Assembly: GCA_965203295.1 (NCBI GenBank)
Contig: CBDBCZ010000019.1
Location: forward strand, 2,368,001 to 2,432,000
Length of the DNA stretch: 64,000 bases
Direction of reading: 5' to 3'
Source of the DNA: Nitrospirales bacterium
GTDB taxonomy: Bacteria > Nitrospirota > Nitrospiria > Nitrospirales > UBA8639
The notes under the pieces were generated by a model. The model was not told the origin of the DNA. It did no database searches and saw only the letters and a list, made by a program, of their open reading frames with translations. The translations under genes were made by a program, and so were the position numbers. Each line of letters opens with the position of its first letter. Position 1 is the first letter of the stretch. This document shows positions 50,486 through 61,318 of this stretch, piece after piece.

Positions 50486-51958
50486 TCAAGATAACGCATT
50501 CACCGCATCACGAAATTGTTGCCCACGATCCTGATAATCCCGAAACATATCGAAGCTGGCGCAGGCCGGAGAGAGCAAGACGACCTGTCCAACTTCGGCT
50601 TTACGTGCCGCAACGTTCACAGCCTCTTGCAAACTTTCAACTTCGGTGAGAGCTTCGATACCTTCCAGCGCATCTTTGAGTCGAGATGCCGATTCTCCCA
50701 TGACAATGACGAGTTTCGCCCTCTGTTGAAGCGGTCTCCGTAATCGTGAAAAATCACTACCTTTATCTTTCCCACCGAGAATCACCAGAATCGGAAGGTC
50801 AAAACTTTCCAACGCCTTTAGGGTGGCATCAACATTGGTCCCTTTCGAGTCGTTCACAAACAGGACACCCTTTCGTTCCCTCACAATCTCCAACGCATGG
50901 GCAATCCCTCGAAACTCCTTGATTGTTCGTTGAATAACCTCAATGGGTGTTCGACATAACATCCCGATCGCCACAGCCCCACAAACATTGGCAAGATTAT
51001 GAGATCCACGGAGACCGACGTCCTTGACTGGCCCGACCTCCCACCGATCCCCGCCCATTCGGGCCACAATGGTCTTGCCTTCAAGATACACTCCTTCTCC
51101 AAGAGGGTTTTGAATACTAAACCCAACTTTTTCAGCATGGATCAGAGTGCCCATCTTCACAACAGTGGAATCATCCATATTCAACACTGCAAAATCATCT
51201 GACTCCTGGTTTTCAAAGATTCGGGCTTTTATCGCACGGTATTCCTCCACCGAAGCATGACGGTCTAGGTGGTCAAGAGTGACATTGAGGAGAACAGCGA
51301 CATGAGGATGAAAGTGTTGAATCGTCTCCAATTGAAAACTCGAAATTTCTGCCACAACCGCATCAAATAGCAAAGAGCCGTCACCGACTTCATTCATATT
51401 TCGAAAAGCTGACAAGGCTCCTTCACACAATGGAGTCCCGATGTTCCCACCCACAAATACTCGCTGCCCTGCCTGCTCCAACATCCTCGCAATCAGGGAC
51501 ACGACCGTACTTTTTCCATTTGTCCCGGTGACCGCGATCAAATTGCTGGGTAGAAACAATGAGGCAAGTTCCACTTCTCCAATCACAGGAATCCCTTCTT
51601 GACGAGCATCTTCCAAGATAGGTAGCGCACTGGGCACTCCAGGGCTAATGACAACAAGGTCGACATCTTCAAATCCGCGCCTAAAATCTTCTCCACAACA
51701 GACTTTGACTCTGGTCAGATCAAGCTGTTCGAGACGTTCAGAGAGGTCCAATCTCGGCCGTTGATCAGCAAGGCACACATGAGCTCCCACTGCCTTCAAA
51801 AGGTTATGGGCTGCGAATCCGCTCCTTCCCAAACCCACGACCGTGACGGATTTGTCTTTCAGCGACTCCCAATGAGATGAAGCTGTTCCGGGCACTTCAA
51901 TCACCACCCCACCGGATTCACGATCAATGCCGAAAATCCATCTGTGACTGTTCATCAT
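50486..51958 (-). CDS. murD: UDP-MurNAc-L-Ala--D-Glu ligase
   Basis: Motifs GTNGKST, GGNIG, EISSFQL, NDSKGTN and SPACASFD. The start is uncertain. Confidence 0.97.
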   Translation of the reverse strand: MMNSHRWIFGIDRESGGVVIEVPGTASSHWESLKDKSVTVVGLGRSGFAAHNLLKAVGAHVCLADQRPRLDLSERLEQLDLTRVKVCCGEDFRRGFEDVDLVVISPGVPSALPILEDARQEGIPVIGEVELASLFLPSNLIAVTGTNGKSTVVSLIARMLEQAGQRVFVGGNIGTPLCEGALSAFRNMNEVGDGSLLFDAVVAEISSFQLETIQHFHPHVAVLLNVTLDHLDRHASVEEYRAIKARIFENQESDDFAVLNMDDSTVVKMGTLIHAEKVGFSIQNPLGEGVYLEGKTIVARMGGDRWEVGPVKDVGLRGSHNLANVCGAVAIGMLCRTPIEVIQRTIKEFRGIAHALEIVRERKGVLFVNDSKGTNVDATLKALESFDLPILVILGGKDKGSDFSRLRRPLQQRAKLVIVMGESASRLKDALEGIEALTEVESLQEAVNVAARKAEVGQVVLLSPACASFDMFRDYQDRGQQFRDAVNALS

Positions 51959-51962
51959 CCTG

Positions 51963-53039
51963 TTAACGCAGCTTCAACGTGCTGAGACTTAACAGGCTCA
52001 AAATGATCGCGACAATCCACAGACGCACGACCACTTTCGGTTCTTCCCATCCCTTCATCTCATAATGATGGTGAAGCGGAGCCATTAAGAAGATCCGTTT
52101 CCCTCTTGATTTAAAGGAGAGGACTTGAAAAATCACTGACACGGCTTCCATGACAAACACTCCCCCAACGAGCATCAACAGCAATTCATGCTTGCTCACG
52201 ACAGCCACGGTACCAAGCGCAGCCCCAAGAGGAAGCGATCCGACATCTCCCATGAACACCGACGCCGGATAGGTATTAAACCACAAAAAGCCCAAACTGG
52301 CTCCAAAAATTGATGCCATTAACACCGAAAGCTCACCAGCCCCTTCAATGTAAGGAATGAGGAGATACTCGGAGACCACTTTGTTCCCAGCCGCATAGGC
52401 TACGACCGTATACGCCACTGACGCGACCATGACGGGTCCTACTGCAAGCCCATCCAGACCATCCGTTAAATTCACAGCATTGGAACAGCCGACAATCACT
52501 AAGACCGCGAACGGAATATAGAAATAGCTAAGATCTGGGGTGAACGTTTTAAAAAATGGCACACTGAGTTCAGTGGAATAGGCAGGGGAAGAATAAAAAA
52601 CTAATCCAATACCAAGTGCGACACAGATCTGAGCAGCTAATTTCTGTAAGACGGTGAGGCCTTTTGAGCGACTCTTTGAGATCTTGAGGTAGTCATCGAC
52701 AAACCCCACCAGTCCAAATCCCGCCATTGCCAACATCACTAACCACACATACAGGTTTGTCACATTTGCCCACAACAAGGTTGACAACAACACGGAAAAG
52801 ATAATCAAAATCCCTCCCATGGTTGGGGTCCCTTCCTTAATCTGATGTCCACTTGGCCCTTCCTCACGCACTCGTTGCCCCAAACCAAGTTTTTGAAGCT
52901 TTCTGATCATGGGAGGTGCTAGGACAAAAGCAATCACGAAGGCGGTGACCGCTGCATAAATGATTCGAAAACTCAGATAGCGAAAGACATTAAAAGCGGA
53001 AATCTGGGTATGAAGGGGATACAACCACAAATATAGCAT
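51963..53039 (-). CDS. mraY: Phospho-MurNAc-pentapeptide transferase
   Basis: Motifs GTPTMGG, NAVNLTDGLDGL, FMGDVGS and MAPLHHH. Confidence 0.98.
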   Translation of the reverse strand: MLYLWLYPLHTQISAFNVFRYLSFRIIYAAVTAFVIAFVLAPPMIRKLQKLGLGQRVREEGPSGHQIKEGTPTMGGILIIFSVLLSTLLWANVTNLYVWLVMLAMAGFGLVGFVDDYLKISKSRSKGLTVLQKLAAQICVALGIGLVFYSSPAYSTELSVPFFKTFTPDLSYFYIPFAVLVIVGCSNAVNLTDGLDGLAVGPVMVASVAYTVVAYAAGNKVVSEYLLIPYIEGAGELSVLMASIFGASLGFLWFNTYPASVFMGDVGSLPLGAALGTVAVVSKHELLLMLVGGVFVMEAVSVIFQVLSFKSRGKRIFLMAPLHHHYEMKGWEEPKVVVRLWIVAIILSLLSLSTLKLR

Positions 53040-53172
53040 TGCGACCTATCCTTCCCTTTCTCTCGAAAGACAAATCCTTTTCCCTCTCAGAAGCGTTCTA
53101 GATGGAACACATTTGCGTAAAACGGGACAATAATCCAAGTTCTCACCCATCGATTCCATCGCTGCTTGCTCC

Positions 53173-54612
53173 TCAGGTTTCTCTCTTAAACAACCCACCA
53201 ATCAGCCGTTCCATACGCATACCACGCGACCCTTTTATCAAGACAGCATCGCCCGGTCGAACGAAGCCCTTTCCTGCCCTCGAAGCTTCCTCGATGTTTC
53301 GAGTCTCGACAATTTGCCCTGCTGGCATGCCTTTGGTCTTTGCTCCTCGGACATAGTCTTTGGCAAATGCCCCGCACGCTATCAAACCATCAACGCCCTG
53401 CTCGGCAACATATTCACCTATCTGGCGATGGAGATCCTTTTCGGATTGTCCTAATTCGAGCATATCTCCCAGAATGGCGATAGTCCGTTTCTCTCCTGCC
53501 ACATCAATTAACAGGTTGATCGCAACCTTCATCGAAGCTGGATTCGCATTATAGTAGTCATGTAAGAGTGTGACCCCATGAATTGTTTGCACTTGCGAAC
53601 GCATAGCAGCTGGGCGAAACCTTGAGAGACCAAAAGCCATCTTCCTTGCCGATACCCCCAGAACATGTCCCACCGCCAGAGTGGCAAGGGCGTTTGAAAC
53701 GTTATGCACTCCACGCACACCTACGGACATCAGACGGGAACGCGTAGAGTTCGGATACAGCACTCGAAAGGTTGACTTGCTGTTCAGTGATCTGACATCA
53801 CGAGCACGGATATGCGCCTTTGGAGAAAATCCAAAAGACACAACGGCACATTTGGCCCAGCTTCTTAAAAACTTAAAATAAGAATCATCAGCATTTAACA
53901 CGATCACGCCATCATTAGGGAGGCTAGCCAATAATTCGGCTTTCGCTCGTGCCGAGGCATCCAACGTTCGAAAATACTCGAGATGGTCAGGTCCGATGTT
54001 GGTAATGATGCCGTGAGTCGGTCTGGCAATTTCGCAAAGGCGTGCTGTTTGCCCTTCTTGATCGACCCCCATTTCGACAACCGCGACTTGGTGACGGGCA
54101 GTCAGCCTTAACAACGTTTGAGGCAACCCAATACTGTTATTGAGATTCCCTTTTGTCGAGAGGATTTGCCACTGAGCTTTCAATGTACTGGCTACCATTT
54201 CTTTTGTTGTTGTTTTGCCATTGCTCCCAGTGACAGCCACAACTGGGATATGAAATCGCTTCCGGTGAAAGGCCGCTAAATCCTGGTAAGCCCTTAAGGA
54301 ATCTTCAACTTCAATGAGCAGAGGCTGTGAAGTAGGTTGAAGGGATTGTCCAATCCGTAATCGAGAACGGGCACGTCGACCTTGAACCTTTTCTATTAAT
54401 GCTCCACTGGCTCCATGCATGAACGCATTCTCCAAAAAACGGTGCCCGTCGAAATTCGACCCTCTGAGGGCCACAAAGAAATCTCCATGACGAAGAATTC
54501 TTGTATCCGTGCATAATCGACGAATTCGTCTTCGAGCCGAACCGGACACCAGAGTTCCACCTGTCACTTGGAGAACCTCATCAAGCGAAAACGATGACAC
54601 GGCACCTCCCAT
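53173..54612 (-). CDS. murF: UDP-MurNAc-tripeptide--D-Ala-D-Ala ligase
   Basis: Motifs TGSNGKTTTKE, NLNN.IG.P, YNANPAS, GDMLELG and KGSRG. Confidence 0.97.
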   Translation of the reverse strand: MGGAVSSFSLDEVLQVTGGTLVSGSARRRIRRLCTDTRILRHGDFFVALRGSNFDGHRFLENAFMHGASGALIEKVQGRRARSRLRIGQSLQPTSQPLLIEVEDSLRAYQDLAAFHRKRFHIPVVAVTGSNGKTTTKEMVASTLKAQWQILSTKGNLNNSIGLPQTLLRLTARHQVAVVEMGVDQEGQTARLCEIARPTHGIITNIGPDHLEYFRTLDASARAKAELLASLPNDGVIVLNADDSYFKFLRSWAKCAVVSFGFSPKAHIRARDVRSLNSKSTFRVLYPNSTRSRLMSVGVRGVHNVSNALATLAVGHVLGVSARKMAFGLSRFRPAAMRSQVQTIHGVTLLHDYYNANPASMKVAINLLIDVAGEKRTIAILGDMLELGQSEKDLHRQIGEYVAEQGVDGLIACGAFAKDYVRGAKTKGMPAGQIVETRNIEEASRAGKGFVRPGDAVLIKGSRGMRMERLIGGLFKRET

Positions 54613-56139
54613 TCAAAGTCTTTTTCCGATAAGAGTCCGAAGGGCCTCTCGAGCAATTTCTCGATCATCAAAATGTAAACGTTGAGCCCCGATGAATTGG
54701 TAGTCCTCATGTCCTTTCCCAGCAATCAAGACGATATCATTCGACCGAGCCTCCTTCACGGCAGCCCAAATGGCCTCACCGCGGTCAGGAATGATCCGGT
54801 ATTTGGCTCGTGACACCTGAGGCACAGTCAAGAGGCCGTGCTCAATATCCTGCAGAATCGCCAAAGGGTCCTCACTTCGAGGATTATCAGAGGTTAAAAA
54901 AACCCTATCACTCTTTTCTGCGGCTACCCGACCCATTTGGGGCCGCTTACCTGGATCTCTATCGCCCCCACATCCAAACACTGTGATAATTCGACCTGTT
55001 TTCACTGTGTCTGCAACGGACAACAGCCGGGCCAGAGCATCCTCGGTATGGGCATAATCCACGATGACTGTAAAATCTTGTCCCTCTTCCAGGCGTTCAA
55101 AACGCCCAGGGACATTCTCAAATGAAGCAAGCCCTTGTTGAATACAATCAGGTGTGATACCTGCTGCTAATCCAGCCCCGACCGCGGCTAGAATATTGTA
55201 GATGTTCTGTTCTCCCACTAATGGAGAACGTACCGAAATTTCCCCATTGGGAGTCTCCGCCTTGAATTCACTTCCCTGAAGAGTCAGGCTGATATCCTTG
55301 GCCCTAATATCGGCTGAACTGCAGAGGCTGTAGGTCCACACTGGCACCTGACAACTTTCTCGAAGTCGCCTTCCCCACTCATCATCAATATTGATGATAG
55401 CCCGTTTCGGCCTATCTTTAAGATCGGGCCCGCTGATGTATTCTGTAAAAAGGCGACGCTTGGCATGGAAGTACTCTTCCATCGTTCCATGGAAATCCAG
55501 ATGGTCTTGAGTGAGATTGGTAAACACGACGAGGTCAAAGTCACAACCCTTGACTCTATCGAGGGTTAACGCATGTGAGGAAACCTCAAGAACAGCCGCA
55601 TTGATATGAGATGCAACCATCTTGGCCAAGAATCCTTGAAGTTCGACCGGACCGGGGGTCGTATGGGTAGCGGAGAAATATTCCGGACCGATGAAATTTC
55701 CCACAGTGCCCATGACCCCGACCTTTTGCCCACCAGACTCAAGTAAGGCCTTGATCAGATGGGTGACGGTCGTTTTTCCGTTAGTGCCTGTCACCCCGAT
55801 TAATTGAAGATGTTCAGAAGGGTGATGATGGAATTGGCTAGCCAACATTCCAAGCGTCGCCCGAGAATTTTGAACCCGCACGACCCCTATCGATTGAGCC
55901 GCCCCCGAAACCATCTGACGAATAGACTGAATCGGTCTATCGAGAACAATACCCACCGCCCCTTGAATCACAGCATTCCCCATGTGCTCATGCCCATCGG
56001 TCTTTTCTCCTTTCATGGCCACAAAGACACTCCCTCCTCGTACCATTCGTGAATCGTCTGTCACATCGAGGACTTCTGCCTCCAGATTTCCTTCTTGTTC
56101 AAGAATCTCGACTGAAGAGAGCAATTCTGCCATCATCAT
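54613..56139 (-). CDS. murE: UDP-MurNAc-dipeptide--meso-DAP ligase
   Basis: Motifs TGTNGKTT, EVSSH, DYAHT, DNPR (DAP-specific) and AGKGHE. Confidence 0.97.
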   Translation of the reverse strand: MMMAELLSSVEILEQEGNLEAEVLDVTDDSRMVRGGSVFVAMKGEKTDGHEHMGNAVIQGAVGIVLDRPIQSIRQMVSGAAQSIGVVRVQNSRATLGMLASQFHHHPSEHLQLIGVTGTNGKTTVTHLIKALLESGGQKVGVMGTVGNFIGPEYFSATHTTPGPVELQGFLAKMVASHINAAVLEVSSHALTLDRVKGCDFDLVVFTNLTQDHLDFHGTMEEYFHAKRRLFTEYISGPDLKDRPKRAIINIDDEWGRRLRESCQVPVWTYSLCSSADIRAKDISLTLQGSEFKAETPNGEISVRSPLVGEQNIYNILAAVGAGLAAGITPDCIQQGLASFENVPGRFERLEEGQDFTVIVDYAHTEDALARLLSVADTVKTGRIITVFGCGGDRDPGKRPQMGRVAAEKSDRVFLTSDNPRSEDPLAILQDIEHGLLTVPQVSRAKYRIIPDRGEAIWAAVKEARSNDIVLIAGKGHEDYQFIGAQRLHFDDREIAREALRTLIGKRL

Positions 56140-56177
56140 GACTCGACTATCTGTGCATAGACCACAGGAACATAGGA

Positions 56178-57926
56178 CTACCACACTCTGGCAATCTTGA
56201 TCCCTGCGGACTCTTGCCAAGGAGAGATTTGGAAATGTCTAAGCACTTGTTCTGCCACTTGACGGAACACTGGTGCTGCAACTAGGCCACCCCACCCAGG
56301 CCCTTGAGGCTCATCAATGAGGACCAAAATGGTCACTTTGGGCTCTTCGGCCGGGACAAATCCCACAAAAGAACTCACGAGTTGCGTAGAAGAATACTGA
56401 CCGGTTTTCGGATCAACCTTTTGCGCTGTTCCTGTTTTTCCTGCCACACTATAATGAGGGATCGCGGCTCGCCTCCCCGTTCCCTTTTCCACAGCATTGG
56501 TCATCAGGGCAATGAGCGTTTTGGCGGTTTGATCCAAGATCGGTCTTCTCCGAACTTCTGGGCTTCGGGACCATTGAAGATTGCCTTGTGCATCACGAAC
56601 TTCTTTGACGACATAAGGCTTCATCAACCACCCCTGATTGGCAATAGCTGAAACAGCCGTTGTCATTTGTAAGGGCGTGACTCCAATTTCCTGACCAATG
56701 GCCAGTGAGGCTAACGTCCGCTTTCCCCATTCTTTGGGTGGCTTCAACAGCCCAGCCGATTCCCCAGGCAGATCAACTTCAGTCCGTTCTCCAAAACCAA
56801 ATGCACGAAAATATCGATGCAACCGTTCCTTTCCCAACGATAAGGCAATCTTCACTGAAGCGACATTACTCGACCTCGTCAGGGCTTCTTCAAACGTTAA
56901 CCAACCAGCTTTCTGATGATCATGAATAACGGTTCCACTAATTGGTATTTCTCCATCGCCTGCATAAATTAAGGTTCCTGGTTCAAATTCCTTTTCCTCC
57001 AATGCCGCAGCGGCAACGACCATCTTCATGGTGGACCCTGGTTCATAAGGATCCGTCACCGCACGATTCCGCCAGATGTCAGGGCTCACAGAATGGCGGC
57101 GATTAGGGTCGAACGTCGGCCGGAGGGCCCAACCCAAAATAGCTCCCGTTTGAGGATCCATGACAATAATAATCCCACCACGCGCTTGATTCTCTTTCAC
57201 GGCAGCATCTAGGGCTTGCTCGGCAATAAATTGGATCACTTCATCCACGGTCAGGGTTACCGTATTCCCTGCTGCCATGGAACGATTCATCTGCTCTTGA
57301 AGGAGAATGGTTCGCCCAAACCCATCTCGTTGTAGACGAATTTTTCTGATATCTCCACGAAGATAAGATTCATACTGATTCTCAATTCCTTCCAATCCCT
57401 GGCTATCAATTCCTGCAAATCCAAGCGCATGTGAGAGCAATTCTCCTTTAGGATAAAACCGGTGCTTTTCCCACACAAGCCCTAACCCATTTTCACCAAG
57501 CGCACTGATCCTCTCGGCCTCCTGCTTTCCGATTTTCCGCTTGATCCACACAAAGTCGCGACGTTGACGAAGGCGATCTTCTAGGGTTTCGGGAGAGAGG
57601 TCTAGGATTTTTGAGAGTTGCTGAGCTCTCCTGTGGGGATCATCAATTTCCGAAGGATGAGCAAAAACTGATGGGACATCGACATTGAGCGCCAAGGCTC
57701 GCCCCTGACTATCTTGAATCAATCCACGGCTAGGATTGAGTGCCACGACTTTGTGATGCTGGCGGGCTGCTCGACTTGTCATTTCACTGCCATTGAGGAT
57801 CTGAAGCTGAAACAATCGTAACAAGACAATCACAAACCCCATGATCAGGATGGCTGATATCACCACCAACCGTCCTGAATAAGAATTGGTCACAGCGGGC
57901 ACTTGATGCTGAGGTCTTGATTTCAT
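56178..57926 (-). CDS. ftsI: Division transpeptidase PBP3
   Basis: EPGSTMK (SxxK), SSN and KTGTAQ motifs, with an N-terminal TM helix. Confidence 0.95.
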   Translation of the reverse strand: MKSRPQHQVPAVTNSYSGRLVVISAILIMGFVIVLLRLFQLQILNGSEMTSRAARQHHKVVALNPSRGLIQDSQGRALALNVDVPSVFAHPSEIDDPHRRAQQLSKILDLSPETLEDRLRQRRDFVWIKRKIGKQEAERISALGENGLGLVWEKHRFYPKGELLSHALGFAGIDSQGLEGIENQYESYLRGDIRKIRLQRDGFGRTILLQEQMNRSMAAGNTVTLTVDEVIQFIAEQALDAAVKENQARGGIIIVMDPQTGAILGWALRPTFDPNRRHSVSPDIWRNRAVTDPYEPGSTMKMVVAAAALEEKEFEPGTLIYAGDGEIPISGTVIHDHQKAGWLTFEEALTRSSNVASVKIALSLGKERLHRYFRAFGFGERTEVDLPGESAGLLKPPKEWGKRTLASLAIGQEIGVTPLQMTTAVSAIANQGWLMKPYVVKEVRDAQGNLQWSRSPEVRRRPILDQTAKTLIALMTNAVEKGTGRRAAIPHYSVAGKTGTAQKVDPKTGQYSSTQLVSSFVGFVPAEEPKVTILVLIDEPQGPGWGGLVAAPVFRQVAEQVLRHFQISPWQESAGIKIARVW

Positions 57927-58258
57927 TGAGCGTTGAGTTTTTGAGCCACTCGTATTACCCCAGATTCCTTTGGATCTGGGGTGGAGCCAAAGGGTTTTGT
58001 TCGAACCAAAATAATCTGCCCTGGGCCGGGGACTCTCATCCCTAACTTGTCTTTGGCTTCTCGGGCTATTCGGTCAGGCGCCATTAATTGAGAAATCCGT
58101 AACCGCAAGACCTCCTGGTCACGTTCTAATACGACTTTTTTCTTGGATAACTCCTCCAGACGATATCCAACTCGTACAATATCCATTTTTCCCCACACAT
58201 AAAGGAGAACACCGACCCCTAAGACGAGGGAAAGGATGAGGATCAGACTATGCTTCAT
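57923..58258 (-). CDS. ftsL: Cell division protein FtsL
   Basis: TM helix plus leucine zipper and RIAREA..KLGM..P. Lies between rsmH and ftsI. Confidence 0.88.
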   Translation of the reverse strand: MKHSLILILSLVLGVGVLLYVWGKMDIVRVGYRLEELSKKKVVLERDQEVLRLRISQLMAPDRIAREAKDKLGMRVPGPGQIILVRTKPFGSTPDPKESGVIRVAQKLNAQ

Positions 58259-58280
58259 GGATCGCTCCTTGATTTCCAGA

Positions 58281-59234
58281 TCACTGAGTTGCTCTGCGTT
58301 GTGCGACTCGAAGCTTGGCACTTCGGGCTCTCGGGTTTGATTTTCTTTCATTAATCGAGGCCACGCATGGTTTTTTAGTCAAAATCGTGAGTAACGGATC
58401 GTCCCTTTTTGAAAGAGCGCGAAAGGTGGTTTTGACGATACGGTCCTCCAGCGAATGAAAGGAAATGACACAAAGTCTCCCACCAGGGGCAAGTAATTGG
58501 GCGGCATCAAGAAGCGTCGGCTCTAACACATCGAGTTCGCGGTTGACAGCAATCCGTAATGCCTGAAACGTTCTTGTCGCACAGTGAATATGTCCTGAAC
58601 GGTAGGGAGCAGGAACCGCCTTCCAAACAATCTCTTTGAGTTCAGAAGTGGTTTGAAGTGGGAAAAATTTTCTGGTCTCCACAACTGCCCGGGCAATTCG
58701 TCGTGAATACCGTTCTTCTCCGAATCTGAAAAGGATCGAAACGAGTTCATTTTCTGGAACAGTATTCACCAATTCACCAGCGGTGACAGGAGTACCAGAA
58801 GTCATACGCATATCCAATGGGCCATTCTCCATGAAACTAAACCCGCGTTCTGGTGTATCCAACTGAACTGAGGAAATTCCCAAATCAAGCACGATTCCAT
58901 CGACCTGAGACAAGTCCTCTTCCTCTGCGATCGCCCTTAGGTTCTCAAAATTTCGACAAACCAGTTTGACCCTCGATGAAAAGACATCCAATCGTTTCTT
59001 AGCCAATTCGATAGCCTGAGGATCCTGATCAATACCAAGTAATCTTCCTCCTGGGGAACTTTTCTCAAGAATAAAAAAAGCTGTTCCCCCTCCCCCAATC
59101 GTACAATCAACGTAGGACCCACAGGATTGGGGGTCTAACCAGGATAATAACTCCTGGACTAACACGGGTTTGTGAGAAAAACCGCTATAGTTTTCTTGTT
59201 TTATAGCTATCCACTTTCTCCCATAGTTTACCAC
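58281..59234 (-). CDS. rsmH: 16S rRNA m4C1402 methyltransferase
   Basis: Motifs HKPVL, DLGISS.QLD, RGFSF, PLDMRM, FQALRIAVN, SFHSLEDR and NPRARSAKLR. The start is uncertain. Confidence 0.97.
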   Translation of the reverse strand: MVNYGRKWIAIKQENYSGFSHKPVLVQELLSWLDPQSCGSYVDCTIGGGGTAFFILEKSSPGGRLLGIDQDPQAIELAKKRLDVFSSRVKLVCRNFENLRAIAEEEDLSQVDGIVLDLGISSVQLDTPERGFSFMENGPLDMRMTSGTPVTAGELVNTVPENELVSILFRFGEERYSRRIARAVVETRKFFPLQTTSELKEIVWKAVPAPYRSGHIHCATRTFQALRIAVNRELDVLEPTLLDAAQLLAPGGRLCVISFHSLEDRIVKTTFRALSKRDDPLLTILTKKPCVASINERKSNPRARSAKLRVAQRRATQ

Positions 59235-59271
59235 TTATTACTGAATATACTTCCCTGCCCAGCCTTGTCAA
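59209..59271 (-). promoter_or_regulatory. dcw cluster promoter with three MraZ-type boxes
   Basis: TTGACA-16 nt-TATATT, then GTGGTA-aact-ATGGGA-gaaa-GTGGAT with an exact 10-bp period. Confidence 0.75.
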
Positions 59272-59430
59272 GCTAAAATTATGAGAAAATGTGGTTTATT
59301 TTTCTGATGTTAGGGTCGGAACAGATGGTCTTCGGTAAGGGAAATTTTAGGTTTGCACGGTAGGGAACGATACTTATTGCACAGAATAATGAGGAATTCC
59401 ACGGACCCATTTCTGTCTTGGACCATGAAT

Positions 59431-60732
59431 TTAGGGGTACAGACGATACAGCATTCTGGGGAATGGAATGGTTTCACGCACGTGATCCAATCCGCATATC
59501 CATGCCACGACCCGCTCTATTCCCATGCCAAAACCAGAATGCGGCACTGACCCATATTGTCGTAAATCTAAATACCAACGAAACGCTTCTTCGGAAAGAT
59601 CATGATCTTGAAGTCGTTGCCTGAGCTTGTCATATTCATGAATTCTTTGGCCCCCACCAATGATTTCTCCATACCCCTCGGGTGCTAATATATCCATACA
59701 TAAAGCCAGGTCAGGGCGATCCTCGTCTGTTTGCATGTAAAATGCTTTAATCGCTGCTGGATACCGATGAACGATAACAGGCTTATCGAATTCCTGAGAG
59801 AGGGTGGTTTCATCCTCAGCCCCAAAATCATCTCCAGGTTGAATTGACGATCCCTTGGCCTTCAAATGGTCGACCGCCTCTTCGTACGTTAACCGGGGAA
59901 AGGGGGGAATGATCATTTCTAATTTTGAAACGTCTCGGCCCAAGGTTTTGAGCTCTTCCTGACAATGTTCTAATACACCTCGAACAACATCAGCGACCAG
60001 CATCTCAGCTAATCCCATCACATCAGCTAATTCGGCAAAGGCAACTTCGGGTTCAACCATCCAAAATTCCATAAGATGACGTCTGGTTTTTGACTTCTCT
60101 GCACGAAAAGTCGGGCCGAAACAATACACCTTTCCAAACGCAGCTGCTGCGGCTTCGTCGTAGAGCTGCCCACTTTGAGCAAGGTAAGCAGTCTGTTCAA
60201 AGTATTCAGTTTGAAAGAGGGTCGTCGTCCCTTCACATGCATTGGGAGTAAAGATGGGAGTATCAACAAGCATAAACCCCTGGTCGTCAAAGAAATTCCG
60301 GCACCGACGAATGATTTCATGGCGAATCTTCAGGGCAGCCCATTGACGGGCTGAACGAATCCAGAGATGCCGATGATCCATGAGAAACCCAACGCCGTGT
60401 TCCTTCGGTTGAATAGGAAAAGGCTCCGCAATTTGAAAAATTTCCATTGTTTCGACATCCAATTCATAGCCCCCAGGTGCACGAGCATCCGCCCGAAGTC
60501 GCCCATTGAGCATGAGGGAAGATTCCTGAGTTAATTGCGATACGGCCTTAAACGTCTCGTCTCCAATGGTTCCTTTATTGACAATCGCTTGAAGTTCTCC
60601 GCTTCCATCTCTCAAAGTAAGAAATTGTAATTTTCCGCTCGACCGGTGATGCCGAATCCACCCTCGGACGATGACTTGTTGGCCAGAAAACTGTGGAGCT
60701 TGATTGATCGAAATTATCGGAATATCGGTCAT
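59431..60732 (-). CDS. asnS: Asparagine--tRNA ligase
   Basis: Motifs [38 protein letters not shown] and GFGMGIER. Confidence 0.96.
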   Translation of the reverse strand: MTDIPIISINQAPQFSGQQVIVRGWIRHHRSSGKLQFLTLRDGSGELQAIVNKGTIGDETFKAVSQLTQESSLMLNGRLRADARAPGGYELDVETMEIFQIAEPFPIQPKEHGVGFLMDHRHLWIRSARQWAALKIRHEIIRRCRNFFDDQGFMLVDTPIFTPNACEGTTTLFQTEYFEQTAYLAQSGQLYDEAAAAAFGKVYCFGPTFRAEKSKTRRHLMEFWMVEPEVAFAELADVMGLAEMLVADVVRGVLEHCQEELKTLGRDVSKLEMIIPPFPRLTYEEAVDHLKAKGSSIQPGDDFGAEDETTLSQEFDKPVIVHRYPAAIKAFYMQTDEDRPDLALCMDILAPEGYGEIIGGGQRIHEYDKLRQRLQDHDLSEEAFRWYLDLRQYGSVPHSGFGMGIERVVAWICGLDHVRETIPFPRMLYRLYP

Positions 60733-60978
60733 AGACGTCCTAAAAAGTAAAAGGTGTGTTGACAAATCACTGGGAAGGTACGCTATCCAAAAGGCTGCGT
60801 GTTTTCAAGTGTTTTCCTGCTTTATTGAGGAATCATCGCCGAAAAGTCTCAACGCTAGACCATGCGCTTACACAAGGGCAAATGGAGCGGCCACGATCAG
60901 CCTGACTTCGTGCCGAACAAATTTGACACACTCAGAATAGGGAGACTATGATGGTTTTTTAGACAGGAGGCCAAGCGT

Positions 60979-61299
60979 ATGAGTTATACCATTACTGTTC
61001 GGGAATTAAAGGATCGGATGGACAAAGGAGATAGCGTCTTTCTCCTTGATGTTCGTGAACCCCATGAGTATTCCATGTGCAAAATTGAAGGGTCCGTGTT
61101 AATTCCATTGGGCACAATTCCCCAATCTCTGGATAAACTCGATCCCCAAACTGAAATCGTCGCCTATTGTCATAAGGGAATGAGAAGTGCAGACGCGGTA
61201 GGATTTCTGGTTCAACAGGGATTTCCCAACGTCAAGAATCTTATTGGCGGGATTGAGGCGTGGTCCATTGAAATTGACCCTTCAGTTCCTCGCTATTGA
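60979..61299 (+). CDS. Single-domain rhodanese
   Basis: Motifs LLDVREPHE, YCHKGMRS and NLIGGIEAW...DPSVPRY. RBS AGGAGG. Confidence 0.93.
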   Translation: MSYTITVRELKDRMDKGDSVFLLDVREPHEYSMCKIEGSVLIPLGTIPQSLDKLDPQTEIVAYCHKGMRSADAVGFLVQQGFPNVKNLIGGIEAWSIEIDPSVPRY

Positions 61300-61318
61300 A
61301 TGATCACCTTCCCCGTTC

